Positions 51,090 through 62,230 of a stretch of DNA of 64,000 bases are shown here, piece after piece (the stretch's first letter is position 1; each line of letters begins with the position of its first letter). This stretch comes from Podarcis vaucheri (Eukaryota). A program made the translations under genes and the position numbers. The notes under the pieces were generated by a model. The model was not told the origin of the DNA and did not search any database. It saw nothing but the letters and a program-made list of their open reading frames with translations. Where the stretch lies: assembly GCA_965113315.1 (NCBI GenBank), contig OZ220367.1; one strand, written 5' to 3'.

Positions 51090-51764
51090 CTCTAGGTGAT
51101 GGAGACTGAAACAGCCAGACACCATAAATACAACTATTAATAAATAAAACCAGCTGAATCATAGGGCAAAACTGGGCTGCTTAAGACACACAGAGCTTCG
51201 GGTATCTTTGTGTCTCTTTACTTTCTGTTTTGCAACACTTGATACTGTACAAACAATGCATGAAATTGGTGTCTTAGGGGCAGAAAGATGCCCAGTCCAG
51301 TTATGTCATTCCACTGTCTAGTTTGTTTTCAGTCCAGGTAGGTGATTTGTATCTGCCAATGGTACTGGTTATAAACTATTGTTATGATAGATGATCATTC
51401 CCGAAGGATCCTCTTAAGGAAATAATTCAGTAGGTGAACATCATTATGAGGTGTCGCTGCCCACCTGACCCCTGGTTGGTTGGTTGGTTGCATTGCTGTT
51501 GCTTACCAAGAGGTAGCGGGACAAGGCAGGGGACAGGTTAGTTCAGTGCAAATGTAGCAAAGGTTAGGAGCCCTAGATTGGATCTGCCATTGTGTCTGTA
51601 CCACACCCCTCTATCTTCCAGTAAGGAGCATCAACATGGTCAGGTGAGCAGAGTCACATCTACACACCCATATCTTCTGCAGCTGAAATCATGTGATGGA
51701 TTTGAGGCATACCAATACATTTCTGATTCAGGTAACTGAATGCATCATTTTAAAATTTCTAATT

Positions 51765-52104
51765 GCTGTTGGTTAAACCACAGAGCCTAGGGCTTGCCGA
51801 TCAGAAGGTCGGCGATTCGAATCCCACAACAGCGTGAGCTCCTGTTGCTCTGTCCCTGCTTCTGCCAACCTAGCAGTTCGAAAGCACGTCAAAGTGCAAG
51901 TAGATAAATAGGTACCACTCTGGCGGGAAGGTAAACGTCGTTTCTGTGCGCTGCTCTGGTTCACCAGAAGCGGCTTAGTCATGCTGGCCGCATGTCCCGG
52001 AAGCTGTACACCAGCTCCCTCGGCCAATAAAGCGAGATGAGCGCCGCAACCTAGAGTCGGTCACGACTGGACCTAATGGTCAGGGGTCCCTTTACCTTTA
52101 CCTT
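51765..52104 (+). mobile_element. Sauria SINE (POM/Squam1 type), slightly 5' truncated
   Basis: GGGCTTGCCGATCAGAAGGTCGGCGATTCGAATCCC head, AAAGTGCAAGTAGATAAATAGGTACC core, (ACCTTT)n tail. Confidence 0.93.
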
Positions 52105-52161
52105 AATCTCCACAGTGGATATGTGCAAGGAGCTCCAGCCCATATGGACCCTCCTCACTAG

Positions 52162-52824
52162 TAGGTATGGATGAGAAATATGTTTAGTTTGCATTTCATA
52201 CACACATGCCTAATTTGTGCCTCCAAAACCAATACATAAACCAACAGAGAGCCAGTGTGGTGTAGTGGTTAAGAGCGGTAGTCACCTAATCTGGGGAACC
52301 GGGTTCGCGTCTCCGCTCCTCCACATGCAGCTGCTGGGTGACCTTGGGCCAGTCACACTTCTTTGAAGTCTCTCAGCCCCACTCACCTCACAGAGTGTTT
52401 GTTGTGGGGGAGGAAGGGAAAGGAGATTGTTAGCCGCTTTGAGACTCCTTAAAGGGAGTGAAAGGCGGGATATCAAATCCAAATCCAAACATGCAGCTTC
52501 CCTTCAAATTTCACATTTTTCCAAGTTTTGTGATGGTTCTTCAACCCCAAAATAAATACAAATTCATATGCACACAAAAATATTTATATTAGTGAGAAAA
52601 CATAGAACTGCATTAAGTTAGGGGACATTGCTTGCACAATGTGTATATTTGGTAAAATTGCATACAAAAATTATATATATTAGGGGAAATGTGCATGAAA
52701 AGGAGTGTGAATTTTCATGTACAGTTTTGTGGTTTTTTAATCGCATACTGATGCAAAAATAGGCTGACTTGAAACTATGATGGGGGGGAGGGAAAACTGA
52801 AATTGACAGATTCGTCCATTCCTA
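52162..52824. mobile_element. Old AT-rich hAT-like non-autonomous element hosting a SINE
   Basis: Ends TAGGTATGGATGA / TTCGTCCATTCCTA are imperfect TIRs; flanks CTCACTAG / CCCACTTG resemble an 8-bp TSD. Confidence 0.6.
52247..52490 (+). mobile_element. Young tRNA-derived SINE (Squam3-like)
   Basis: A box TGGTGTAGTGG, B-box-like GGTTCGCGTCT, CORE-like GGGTGACCTTGGGCCAGTCAC, L2-like tail TTAGCCGCTTTGAG..GCGGGATATCAAATCCAAA. Confidence 0.88.
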
Positions 52825-53119
52825 CCCACTTGTCCACACATACAGATGTTTGCACGTTGTATAGGAATATCACATGGGAAAATGTTCCTGAATTTCTGTG
52901 CGCCGCTTCCCGTCTGTGCATTGCAGAGCCAGACTGGGAATGGGAAGCTGTTGACTAGCTTCCAGCAAAAGTTAGACTGCCTTGTTGCCTCAGACTAATG
53001 ACTGTGTTGTCCATCATCCTGTTTCAACAGCAGCCAGCCAGATGCTTGTAGAAACATATGGACAGAGCATAAAGATAATAGGCGTTCTTTGTTGTTTGAC
53101 TGCTTTTTGGAACGTCAAG

Positions 53120-53305
53120 TATGGGGAGCTGCCTTTTATCAGGTCTTTGTTCATTTAGCCCAGTGTTGTCTACTCTAATTGGCAGTGGGCATGGCTTCAG
53201 GCAGAGGGTATTTCTCATCAACAGCAATTTGATTCTTTTTTTTACAACTGGAGATGCCAGGCATTGAACCTGAGACCTCAACCCCTAAGCTATGGATCCT
53301 CCCAT
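53120..53305 (-). mobile_element. tRNA-derived SINE (Squam2-like), decayed
   Basis: GAGCTGCCTT..CCAGTGTTGTCTACTC..TGGCAG..CTGGAGATGCCAGGCATTGAACCTG, same family as 40675-40860. Confidence 0.65.
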
Positions 53306-56300
53306 AACAGACTGTTGCCGCAGTACTCTGTTATGTACTTGCTCCCAACTGAATCTTGCCATCCTGTGGGTGCAAAAAGTTACACAGGAACAGCTTGCCA
53401 ATATACCTGCAGAAAACAATTAAACAAATATAACACAACAATACTTTTGCCCACTACTGATGCCACTAGAATGGACTGGCAGCTGTGTGTCATAACAATA
53501 AGTGTTTTATGTGTAAAATTGGCCCAGCTCAGGGCAGGAGATGAAATTCAAAACCTGTTCTGTTACCTCCTGTTACATCTTTATGCTAGACCTACCAGGG
53601 GTCTGTAGCCTTGATTTTGGCAGATAAATACCAGCACACACAACATCCCTCCTGCAATCCACAGACCATGTGAGACTGCATTCCCTCCAGGCTGTCTGTG
53701 CCAACTGCTTTCTCTCTTGCGTGATCCCAACCAATCTTTCCCTCTCCTTCTTATGCCAATTTCCATTACCATCTTGAGTTTTGAACCTTCCTCTTTGTCT
53801 CTCTCACTCCTACCTCTTATTTAATGGGTAGATGTTGTTTTGCTTACTCTCTCACTCTCCCCTTAGTTTTGCCTCCCATCCTTTACACATGCGCTATAGT
53901 GGCAAGCCTTCACTGACACAAGTGCAATGCAATGTAGTAAAAGATTGGATCTTAGGATTGCGGCATTGATTCCTCAGCCTGTCTCCCTGGAATATGATCC
54001 TTAAGCCAATTTCAGTTCCTTAAAAAAAAAAAAAAGTTTAAGTATCATCTGTTTCTTCCTTGAGATTTCAGATTTATGTAAAAATGGAAGCTCTATACGC
54101 TGTTTTTCTTTTGCATTAGGATTCTGTCCAACTTCCAATTCCCAATTTAGATTACATGCTCAGAAAGCAACTCCAAACGTTTACTGCGTTTGAAGGTCAC
54201 AGCGCTATTGATTGATTTCCAGTTATAATGTATGTTGTCCTAACATAAGGAGCGGGTGAGGGTTTGCATGCCTGTTTTTTCTTCTCCAAAATCTGGACTA
54301 AATCCAAAAATGTGAGGATCAAAGCATCTGGACTTGTTGCTTTTATGTTTGGCACATAAAGAGGCTGGCAGTCCCCAATGTGGTCTTGGCTGGGCTCAAG
54401 TTGTTTTCCTTCTCTGATGTGAAACAGTTGGGACTCACAGACCCTCCAACACTTAAAGTGGACTAAATAAAAACTGGCTTTTAAACTTGCCAAGTGCATG
54501 AAAGTGCCAGTCCCTACAGTTTTTCAAAAGTTATTAGCTATGGCATGCTTTTTCCCTTTCCTTTTCTTATTTTTTAATGAAAATATGTTCTATAAAATTG
54601 GACATTTGCTTGGGAAATAGGTAAACTCATTTCACAAGTCTCAAATTATTGTTTTTGATCTGGCTTCAGTCTCTCTGGTCAGTTGGATAATGTGATGCCC
54701 ACATGTCTTTGATAACTTCAACGGAGCCGAAATTGCCTCTGGCTTTTACTACAGCAGACCCGCCCCTTATTTTGCAATGTGTGAAGTTCTTGAGAAGGTG
54801 GTGGTCAAGTGGAAAGAGTTGCATGTGGTTACTGAGGGTGGGTTCAGAGGTTTGCTGTCACTTCCTTTACATGGAGTGTCCTTAGCAGCCAGGGACACAG
54901 CCAGTGTGAAATAAGGAATGCCTGACCTGATGTGCCTTGGTTAAACTGCTGCTTCCTGGTAGCAATTTGTGAGAGTGTGGGAGCCAAAAATGTACTGTGC
55001 AGTCATGCTGGGATAGATCAGGATCAGATGATACTTTCCTCCATGCAGTTTCACTGGACCATGAACATACATAATATATGCTGAACCCAAGTCATTGTGG
55101 ATACAGCCCCAGGGAATGCAGGAAACTACCATGTATACAGTATGCCCAACTGTGTGACTGGACCCTATATCTGCTAGGCAATGGATGCTTCTGCTAGGAC
55201 TCTATTGTCCAATCTGATAAACTGTTTTGGTTATGTATCACCACATAGGGCCAGTCGCTAAGTTTTCCAACAATTAATCCAGCACATTGATCTGCAGACC
55301 CCTTGTGCCTTTGTAATTTCTGTGGTTACTCCTGATTGCATCTTCCACAGGTCAGATATGAATGGCGGGAGCATCTACACAATGTCATTTTCAGTGGCTA
55401 CATTCTAACTCTGTAATATCTTCCTTTTGGAAGAAAATTATTCATGTACTTAACCTTTGGAAGAGCTTTACTTTTGGCCAACCAGCTGGGAACAAGGAAT
55501 GTCCATGCTAGCTAGATATTTATAATGTAATAAAATGCCATGAACATACAGGAGAATCTTCAATACAATTTCAGTATATAAATAATGGGTCTACAGGCTG
55601 TGACTATTGCTTGTCTGGTAGCCTGTTGTTGTTATTATTATTATTATTATTATTAATTCAACTTATACAGCCTATAAATCAGTGATATCTGTCTCTTTAT
55701 TTACGTATTTTCTTTCTTCGTATTATCGCTAGAAAAACACTGTTCAAATGCATTCTTTCCACATAAAATAAGTTCAGAAAATAGCTTAGTCCAGTACTAA
55801 CACTTAGTCACAATACCAAGTCGTATTTTAAAAAAGAAAGTTTTGATTACAATATACAGTACAAATAAATAAGCATATGTGCAATTGTGTTCTGGGTGCA
55901 ATGTTTAGCAGTGAGATTTCTGGTTTTATGGGTCCCATGGTTAAAGCTGACACTGAGGGTGTGAGAACAGGTAGAAGCAGTGATTAATCCCCCGAGCACC
56001 TTTAGTACTGAAACATTCTGTTTTATCTCAGAGGAATTTCATTCAAATGGCAAACTCTGTTGTTGGATAAAATATTGGCTATTGTCTCATACCATAATAA
56101 ACGGTTAAATGAGGCGTTTTTATTGAAATGAAACCTGCCACATGCACAGTAGGAGAGAATATCCAGTTACAGCCATGTAACCATGTCAACTCGGTTCCAC
56201 TAGATGCAGTGGGGCTTACTCCCTTACTAACCTGCAGTTAATTTGCACACTTAATATCCATGACAATATAAGAGGGGACCCAGCAGCCTAGTGCATAGAG

Positions 56301-56480
56301 TTTGACACAGTGTTAGAAGATTTGGGTTCAAATTCACGTCTACTGTAGAATCTACGAGTCATTTTAAAAGTGCATTTAATTAACTACATATTACAGTGAT
56401 TTACACACCACCTTTCAGGATCCAAGTATCAAAGATGCATTAATAAAAATCTCAATCACCATAATAATGATTTTCCAATT

Positions 56481-56694
56481 GATTTATATCCCACCTTTTC
56501 ATCCAAGGAACGCATGGTTGTGTGCATGGTTCTCCCCTGCTTATTTAATCTCCACAACAACCCTGTGGAGGTAGGTTAGGCAGAGAGGCAGGGACTGGCC
56601 CAAGGCGTGTGTGCTTCATGGCCAAGTTGGGATTAGAACCCAGGTCTCCCAGGCCCTAGTCTGGCACTCTAACCATTATACCACATGGTCTCTC
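56481..56694 (-). mobile_element. Older Squam3/MIR-like SINE
   Basis: ATTTATATCCCACC tail, CCACAACAACCCTGTG..GTAGGTTAGG core, inverted tRNA head GGATTAGAACCCAGGTCTCC..CTCTAACCATTATACCAC. Confidence 0.8.
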
Positions 56695-57789
56695 ATAATT
56701 CATCAGGCTCCTTTCCACAGGCCAATTGGTGTGTCCGGGGGGGAGCAAGGGTGTAGTTCTGGTGGAGGAGACCCCAAGGTCTTCTTTGCTTTCCTTTTTC
56801 AACAGGAATCCTCCCCCCCCCACACACATTGGGGAAGGCTAAGCCAGAACTTTAGGAAATCCAGCAGTTCTGCCCCTTTTCACATCTGTGAAGCAGGCAT
56901 ATGAGCCTAAACCCAAATATGTTGTATGCTGTTACTCTTTTACCTATTAACAATCTGCAGGGAAGGGTTATAGGAATCGGTCATATCACAAACATGTTTA
57001 TGTCCGCATGAAATGTCACGTTGCATGCCCAGCGCTGGCGCCCTTCCTGATGGGTCCATATGTCTATATTATTCAATGAAAATCCTGCACAATGGCCAGA
57101 TACATTCAGGTGGATTGTTGGAAAGGGAGGACAGTAGTCCAGGAAGCACAGAGACACTGCAACTAGTCTGTCAACACTTGAAAAATCCATTACGAAGTTC
57201 AAATAGGAAAGCAGGTTATGGAAACATCAGCTTAAGACAAACGTTTCCAGTCACTAGGACTCCATTCATTATATGCCTGAGTGGTTCCAGGAACAACAGA
57301 AAGAAAGCTATGCGGTATTATAATGCCAAGTACAAGAAAGGCAGTACGGATGTTCTCTTGAATCTCACTCGTGGCAATCTCCAATTTTTCATGCTTCCCC
57401 TGCTTTGACCTGCTGCTTGGTCTCCCTCTGGAGTTTGGTGCTGATGGCTTGTCTTTGATCAAAGTGCTGCCACTTTCAGTGGGCACAGTGTGGGAGGAAG
57501 TCAATTTAGCACCCTTTCAGTGAATAAATACCGCCTGGCTTTATTTACCCACAGTGTCACTTTCTGGAGAAACACCAATTCTTTGCCTGACCAGGCCTCT
57601 GTTTATATATTATCCAGCGTAGCGATCATCTTGTGATTGCTCTCACCCTACACCCAGTAGTGTATGAAGGAAGTTTCTGATGCCCACAAAATAAAACACA
57701 GTGAATGAATGAATAATATAGGAGGACCAGCTTGTATTTTACTAGTCAAATAAAAATAAAATATTTGTATTTGCAGATACTAAAATTAG

Positions 57790-57945
57790 TTGCTGGCATC
57801 CGTTTGTCTCAAGAGACAATAGAGTTCGCCTCCAGGAGTGAAGTCAAACCCTTGCGTTAGCAGCACCAAAGTGACCTCCCTGGGACACAAGCCTGGACAT
57901 TGTGCATGGAGATCCTGGGCTGACAGAACCCCTCTTTCGGCCTGG
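57790..57945 (+). mobile_element. Probable RTE-clade LINE 5' region fragment
   Basis: GTTTGTCTCAAGAGACAA..GTGAAGTCAAACC..GCGTTAGCAGCACC..GTGACCTCCC resembles a lizard interspersed repeat as I recall it; family assignment uncertain. Confidence 0.4.
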
Positions 57946-57959
57946 ATGCAAATTCTATA

Positions 57960-58344
57960 GGTAAAAAAAAGTAAAGGACCTCTAGACTGTTAAGTCCAGT
58001 GAAAGGCGACTATGGGGTTGCGGCGCTCATCTTGCTTTCAGGCAGAGGGAGCCGGCGTTTGTCCACAGACACCTTTCGGGGTCATGTGGCCAGCATGACT
58101 AAACCACTTCTGGTGCAACAGAACACTGTGACAGAAATCAGAGCTCATGGAAACACCGTTTACCTTCCCGCCGCAGTGGTACCTATTTATCTACTTGCAC
58201 TGACATGCTTTCAAACTGCTAGGTTGGTAGGAGCTGGGACAGAGTAGTGGGAGCTCATCCTATTGCAGGGATTCAAACTGGTAGCCTTCTGATTGGCAAG
58301 CCCTTGAGGCTTAATGGTTTAGACCACAGCGCCACCTGTGTCCC
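57960..58344 (-). mobile_element. Sauria SINE, full length, second subfamily
   Basis: Inverted head (AGACCACAGCGCCACCTGTGTCCC), core GGTACCTATTTATCTACTTGCAC, inverted tail GTAAAGG. Confidence 0.93.
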
Positions 58345-58592
58345 TATAGGAAACACGGAAAGACAGGGAAGGTGTACTGGAGGTGGCATCACTCTGTACT
58401 TCCCCAAAATGAGGGGATTACTAAAAAGGAAGTTGGAAGGCAAAGTCAAGAGGGTCAGATCTCCCCTGAATGCTTGGATGTTGTTTAAAACCACCAGAAT
58501 ACATTGGGCTTGATGGACAAATACATTGCTTCTTATGCACTATGGTTGTTGTTGTTTGTATATACAGTATGTAATTACTTAGGGTCATTGAA

Positions 58593-58926
58593 GGGACACA
58601 GGTTGCATGGTCCAAACCATAGAGCTCTAGGGCTTGCCGATCAGAAGGTTGGCGGTTCGATTCCCTGCAACCGGGTGAGCAACCGTTGTTTGGTCCCAGC
58701 TCCTGGCAACCTAGCAGTTCGAAAGTGCAAGTAGATAAATAGGTACCGCCCTGGCGGGACAGCAAACGGTGTTTCTGTGCGCTGCTCTGGTTCGCCAGAA
58801 GCGGCTCAGTCATGCTGGCCACATGACCCAGAAGCTGTACTCCAGCTCCCTCGGCCAGTAAAGCGAGATGAGCGCTGCAAAACTTGAGTCGTTCACGACT
58901 GGACCTTACGGTCAGGGGTCCCTTTT
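58593..58926 (+). mobile_element. Sauria SINE (POM type)
   Basis: GGGACACAGG head, GGCTTGCCGATCAGAAGG, AAGTGCAAGTAGATAAATAGGTACC, ends GGTCAGGGGTCCCTTT; collinear with 51765-52104. Confidence 0.93.
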
Positions 58927-59958
58927 ATTACAGTGTCAAGATGATAAAGTATAGTTTGAAATCTGTATTAGTGTTGAATACAGGTAAACGTAATACTGGG
59001 AAAGCATGCATCCACATTATGCCAAGAGGAAAATCGAAACCATGGCATAGCCTTACTGTGATTATCTTCGTGACTTGTTTCCATCACTGTGAAGAAAACA
59101 TGAGCAGCCTTTAGCAAATCCAAGTTTGATCAGGGGAGCTCTTTTGAAAGAAAGTAAGAAATTTCCAAACTTTATACTAAAACCCCGACAGTCAGGATTA
59201 ATAAAACAACATGCACATAGCAAGAACAATATCATCATTGCTAATCAACAATGAGAAATGTTGCCTGCAAGTCTAAACAGACCACAAGAATGTTGGAAAG
59301 AGTGAGTTTTTGCTATAGCTTGTGGTGAGGGAAGAACATTTGCTTATGCTCATAGTTGGCTAGATAGAAGAAGAAAAGGCGTGTTGCTGCTCTGTGAAGG
59401 CATTGTGCTTGCTTGGCCTCATATCCAACATGATTCTGATTTTCAAAAGCATAGGCAGAAACCTCAGGATTGAGGTGGGCACCTGGTAACTGTCTCCCCT
59501 GCATAACTTAAGTTTTACGAAGTGCAACTTTATACAGGAAGTTATCAACTGGGAAGGTATGTAACCTACCAACTGAGAAGTTTATGGTTAAAATCAGAGC
59601 CTGAAAGGAAACTGGTCATAAGAAAGAAGATGAACCAGTTTCCTCAGGTATCTTTCAGCCCCCAAATCAGCAAAATTCAGCTTGAAATGGCTAACTCTTT
59701 ATTCTGCTGGCCTAATATTTTGATGAGGTCTGGGGACACAATACAAAAGCATCCTGTGAAAGTATGTCATTTCTCAAGGGGGCAGAGTGAGACTCGGGTT
59801 AAAGCAGTTTTAACATTGACTAGCACCTTCCAGGGCCTCCCCATCAGGCACCAGCCATCTCTGTTGTGGGGAGCCAATGACTCGTTGCAGCTTCAATGAA
59901 GGGCCTGTGGCAGGGTCAGGACCATATTCTGTTACCTTATGAGGGCCAAATGCCAATA

Positions 59959-60184
59959 CAGTGGTACCTCAGGTTACAGATGCTTCAGGTTACAGACTCC
60001 GCTAACCCAGAAATAGTACCTCTGTTTAAGAACTTTGCTTCCGGATGAGAACAGAAATCGCGTGGTGGCGGCACGGCGGCAGTGGGAGGCCCCATTAGCT
60101 TAAGTGGTACCTCAGGTTAAGAACAGTTTTAGGTTAAGAACGGACCTCCAGAATGAATTAAGTTCTTATCCCGGTGTACCTCTG
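59959..60184. mobile_element. Tc1/mariner (Tigger-like) MITE
   Basis: TA|CAGTGGTACCTC ... GTGTACCTCTG|TA; collinear with 10125-10353. Confidence 0.88.
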
Positions 60185-60324
60185 TAGTGGATGTAGCCAA
60201 AGACAAAGAGGGTGTGGCAATGGATGTGACCCCTACCTTTGTACAGTAGGCTACATTCCAGCCATACCAAAGCCATTGGTTTCTGCACCCACCCACACTG
60301 TTCAGTGACACATTCCAGCCTAGC

Positions 60325-61016
60325 TGTCATGGACTGGTTGGATGCAGAGGAATAGTGGGAGGAACCTGGTGGGGAACCACTGAGGGAAGAAGGCTCAGAG
60401 CCCAGGGAGTGGTGGTGGGACAACAATGAAGAAGATGGAGAAGACTGGGAAGAGGTGTGGAAACTGATGAGGTAACAGGGCTTCATGAGCTGGGAGAGTC
60501 TGTGGCAGACAGAAGGCAATAATCAGAGACAGAAGCTAAAGCAAGAGGGTAGGAGGAGGGAGGTCAAGAGGCAGAGATGAATCAGGTTGGTGAAGAAGCA
60601 AGGATGTCTCCCTCCTGCTATCCCCCTTTGTCTCAGAATCAGAAGAGACATGAAAAGGGCAGAGGAGAGGTTAGCTGCATGCAGGCACAGTCTCTGATGA
60701 CTTGGAAGACCACCAGGAATGAGCTGCTCTGCTCATTAGGGCTTTTGTTCAGCCAGAGCTCACTTGGACCCAGCTCCGTCACCTCTCAGGTTGATGCCAT
60801 TGCCCTTCTAAGACAACCAAGGGAGGTGTTCATGGTGAGTTTTGGCACATCTTTTTCTAGAAAAATAACTTTGGGCCTCAAGTTGTGGAGATTGTGGTTT
60901 TGATATAAAGAGTTAACTCCATCTTTGAGCTACATGATTACTGACCGGCATGCTCCTATGGCACTGGCAAAAGCACTTGAGCTGGTGAGGCATGTTGCTT
61001 GCAGAGGGGCCAAGAA
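60325..61016 (+). mobile_element. Putative solo LTR-like element
   Basis: Starts TGT, purine-rich body, ATATAAAG signal near 60903; possible TSD CTAGC/CTAGG; 3' boundary uncertain. Confidence 0.45.
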
Positions 61017-61909
61017 CTAGGGCTAAACACAGGGGCCTTAAGGGCTTCATTTGGCCTCCAGGAGCACACCCCTGAGCTATGGAGTTTAGGGAATAGATGT
61101 GGTTTGTTTTTTTAAGCAAACCACAAAAGCTCTCCCAACCTCCCCTGTCCCATTTGCCATCTCTAGCCCCACTGACTCACCCACCAAGTCCAGCATGGAT
61201 CATAGCTGGCTGAGACTTGTGCTGATGCCAGCTGAGGTGTTAGCACTGCCCACTCCCCTGGAGGGCCTGCAGCTTGTGAAACCTCATTAAATAAAGAAAA
61301 ACACACAGCAATCCCTTAGCCTTTTCAAAAACCTCATAATCAGTATTAATACTACTTTTCTGGTGCCAGATGACGTGGATTTTATTTATATCACACTGTA
61401 TCAGTAATTAGCGAGGCATTATTGAGCTATATGCTTCTTACTTTTGTAGTAGATGATTTAATGTTGTAAAAAATAAAAACCCCGACAGAACAGTTGTGAA
61501 ACTAACATAGTGCCATAGGTCCAGAGGTTTTCTCTGGTACCAGCGCAGAACATGTGCATCAAATGAGATGCAGGGTTTTATCCAACTCAGTTTTATTTGA
61601 TCAGACCTTAAATGTCCTTTCAGATGTTGGTGGTAAGTGACACATTAAAAGTTCCTTGCAAAATTCATCTGTATGTAAACATTTTTCCTGATGTTCTGGC
61701 ATCATGACGTCTAAAGGGAGATAAAGGGTAGACACAATAGCAGTCTGCAAATATATGAATTTTGCCATTTTCCCCATTTGTCATTATAAAAGTTTAAGGG
61801 GAAATTCAAATTCACATCTTTATTTACTTGCCTTGAGAAACTTCAGTGTTTTTGGCTTGCTGGCCATGTTTGCTTATTTGCAGTTTGGGGAGGTTTCCTG
61901 TTATAAGAT

Positions 61910-62230
61910 CATTACGATTTAGAAGGGATCTTGGTGATCATCTAGTCTAACCCTTTGCTCAGCGCAGGATCTGCAAAGCAGGATGCTGTGACTATATCAT
62001 CCCCGACATTGCCCAGGCTCTTCAGCACGTGAGAGCCCACCATCTCTCAGATCAGTCTGTTCCAGTGTTGAACAACACTTGCCATTAGGAAGGTTCTCTG
62101 AATCTTTAAATGATTCCCTTCAGTTTCCACCCAAGAGATGGTCCTTCAGATATTTGAAGAGCGCTGTTATGTCTAACCTTAGTCTTCTTTTCTCCCAGCT
62201 GTGCATACTTTGCTCTTTCAGTTGTTCTGA
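61910..62230 (-). mobile_element. CR1 3' end fragment
   Basis: Inverted CR1 tail (AGAAGGGATCTTGGTGATCATCTAGTCTAACCC) and inverted FKYLKD / WNRL coding remnants. Confidence 0.75.
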
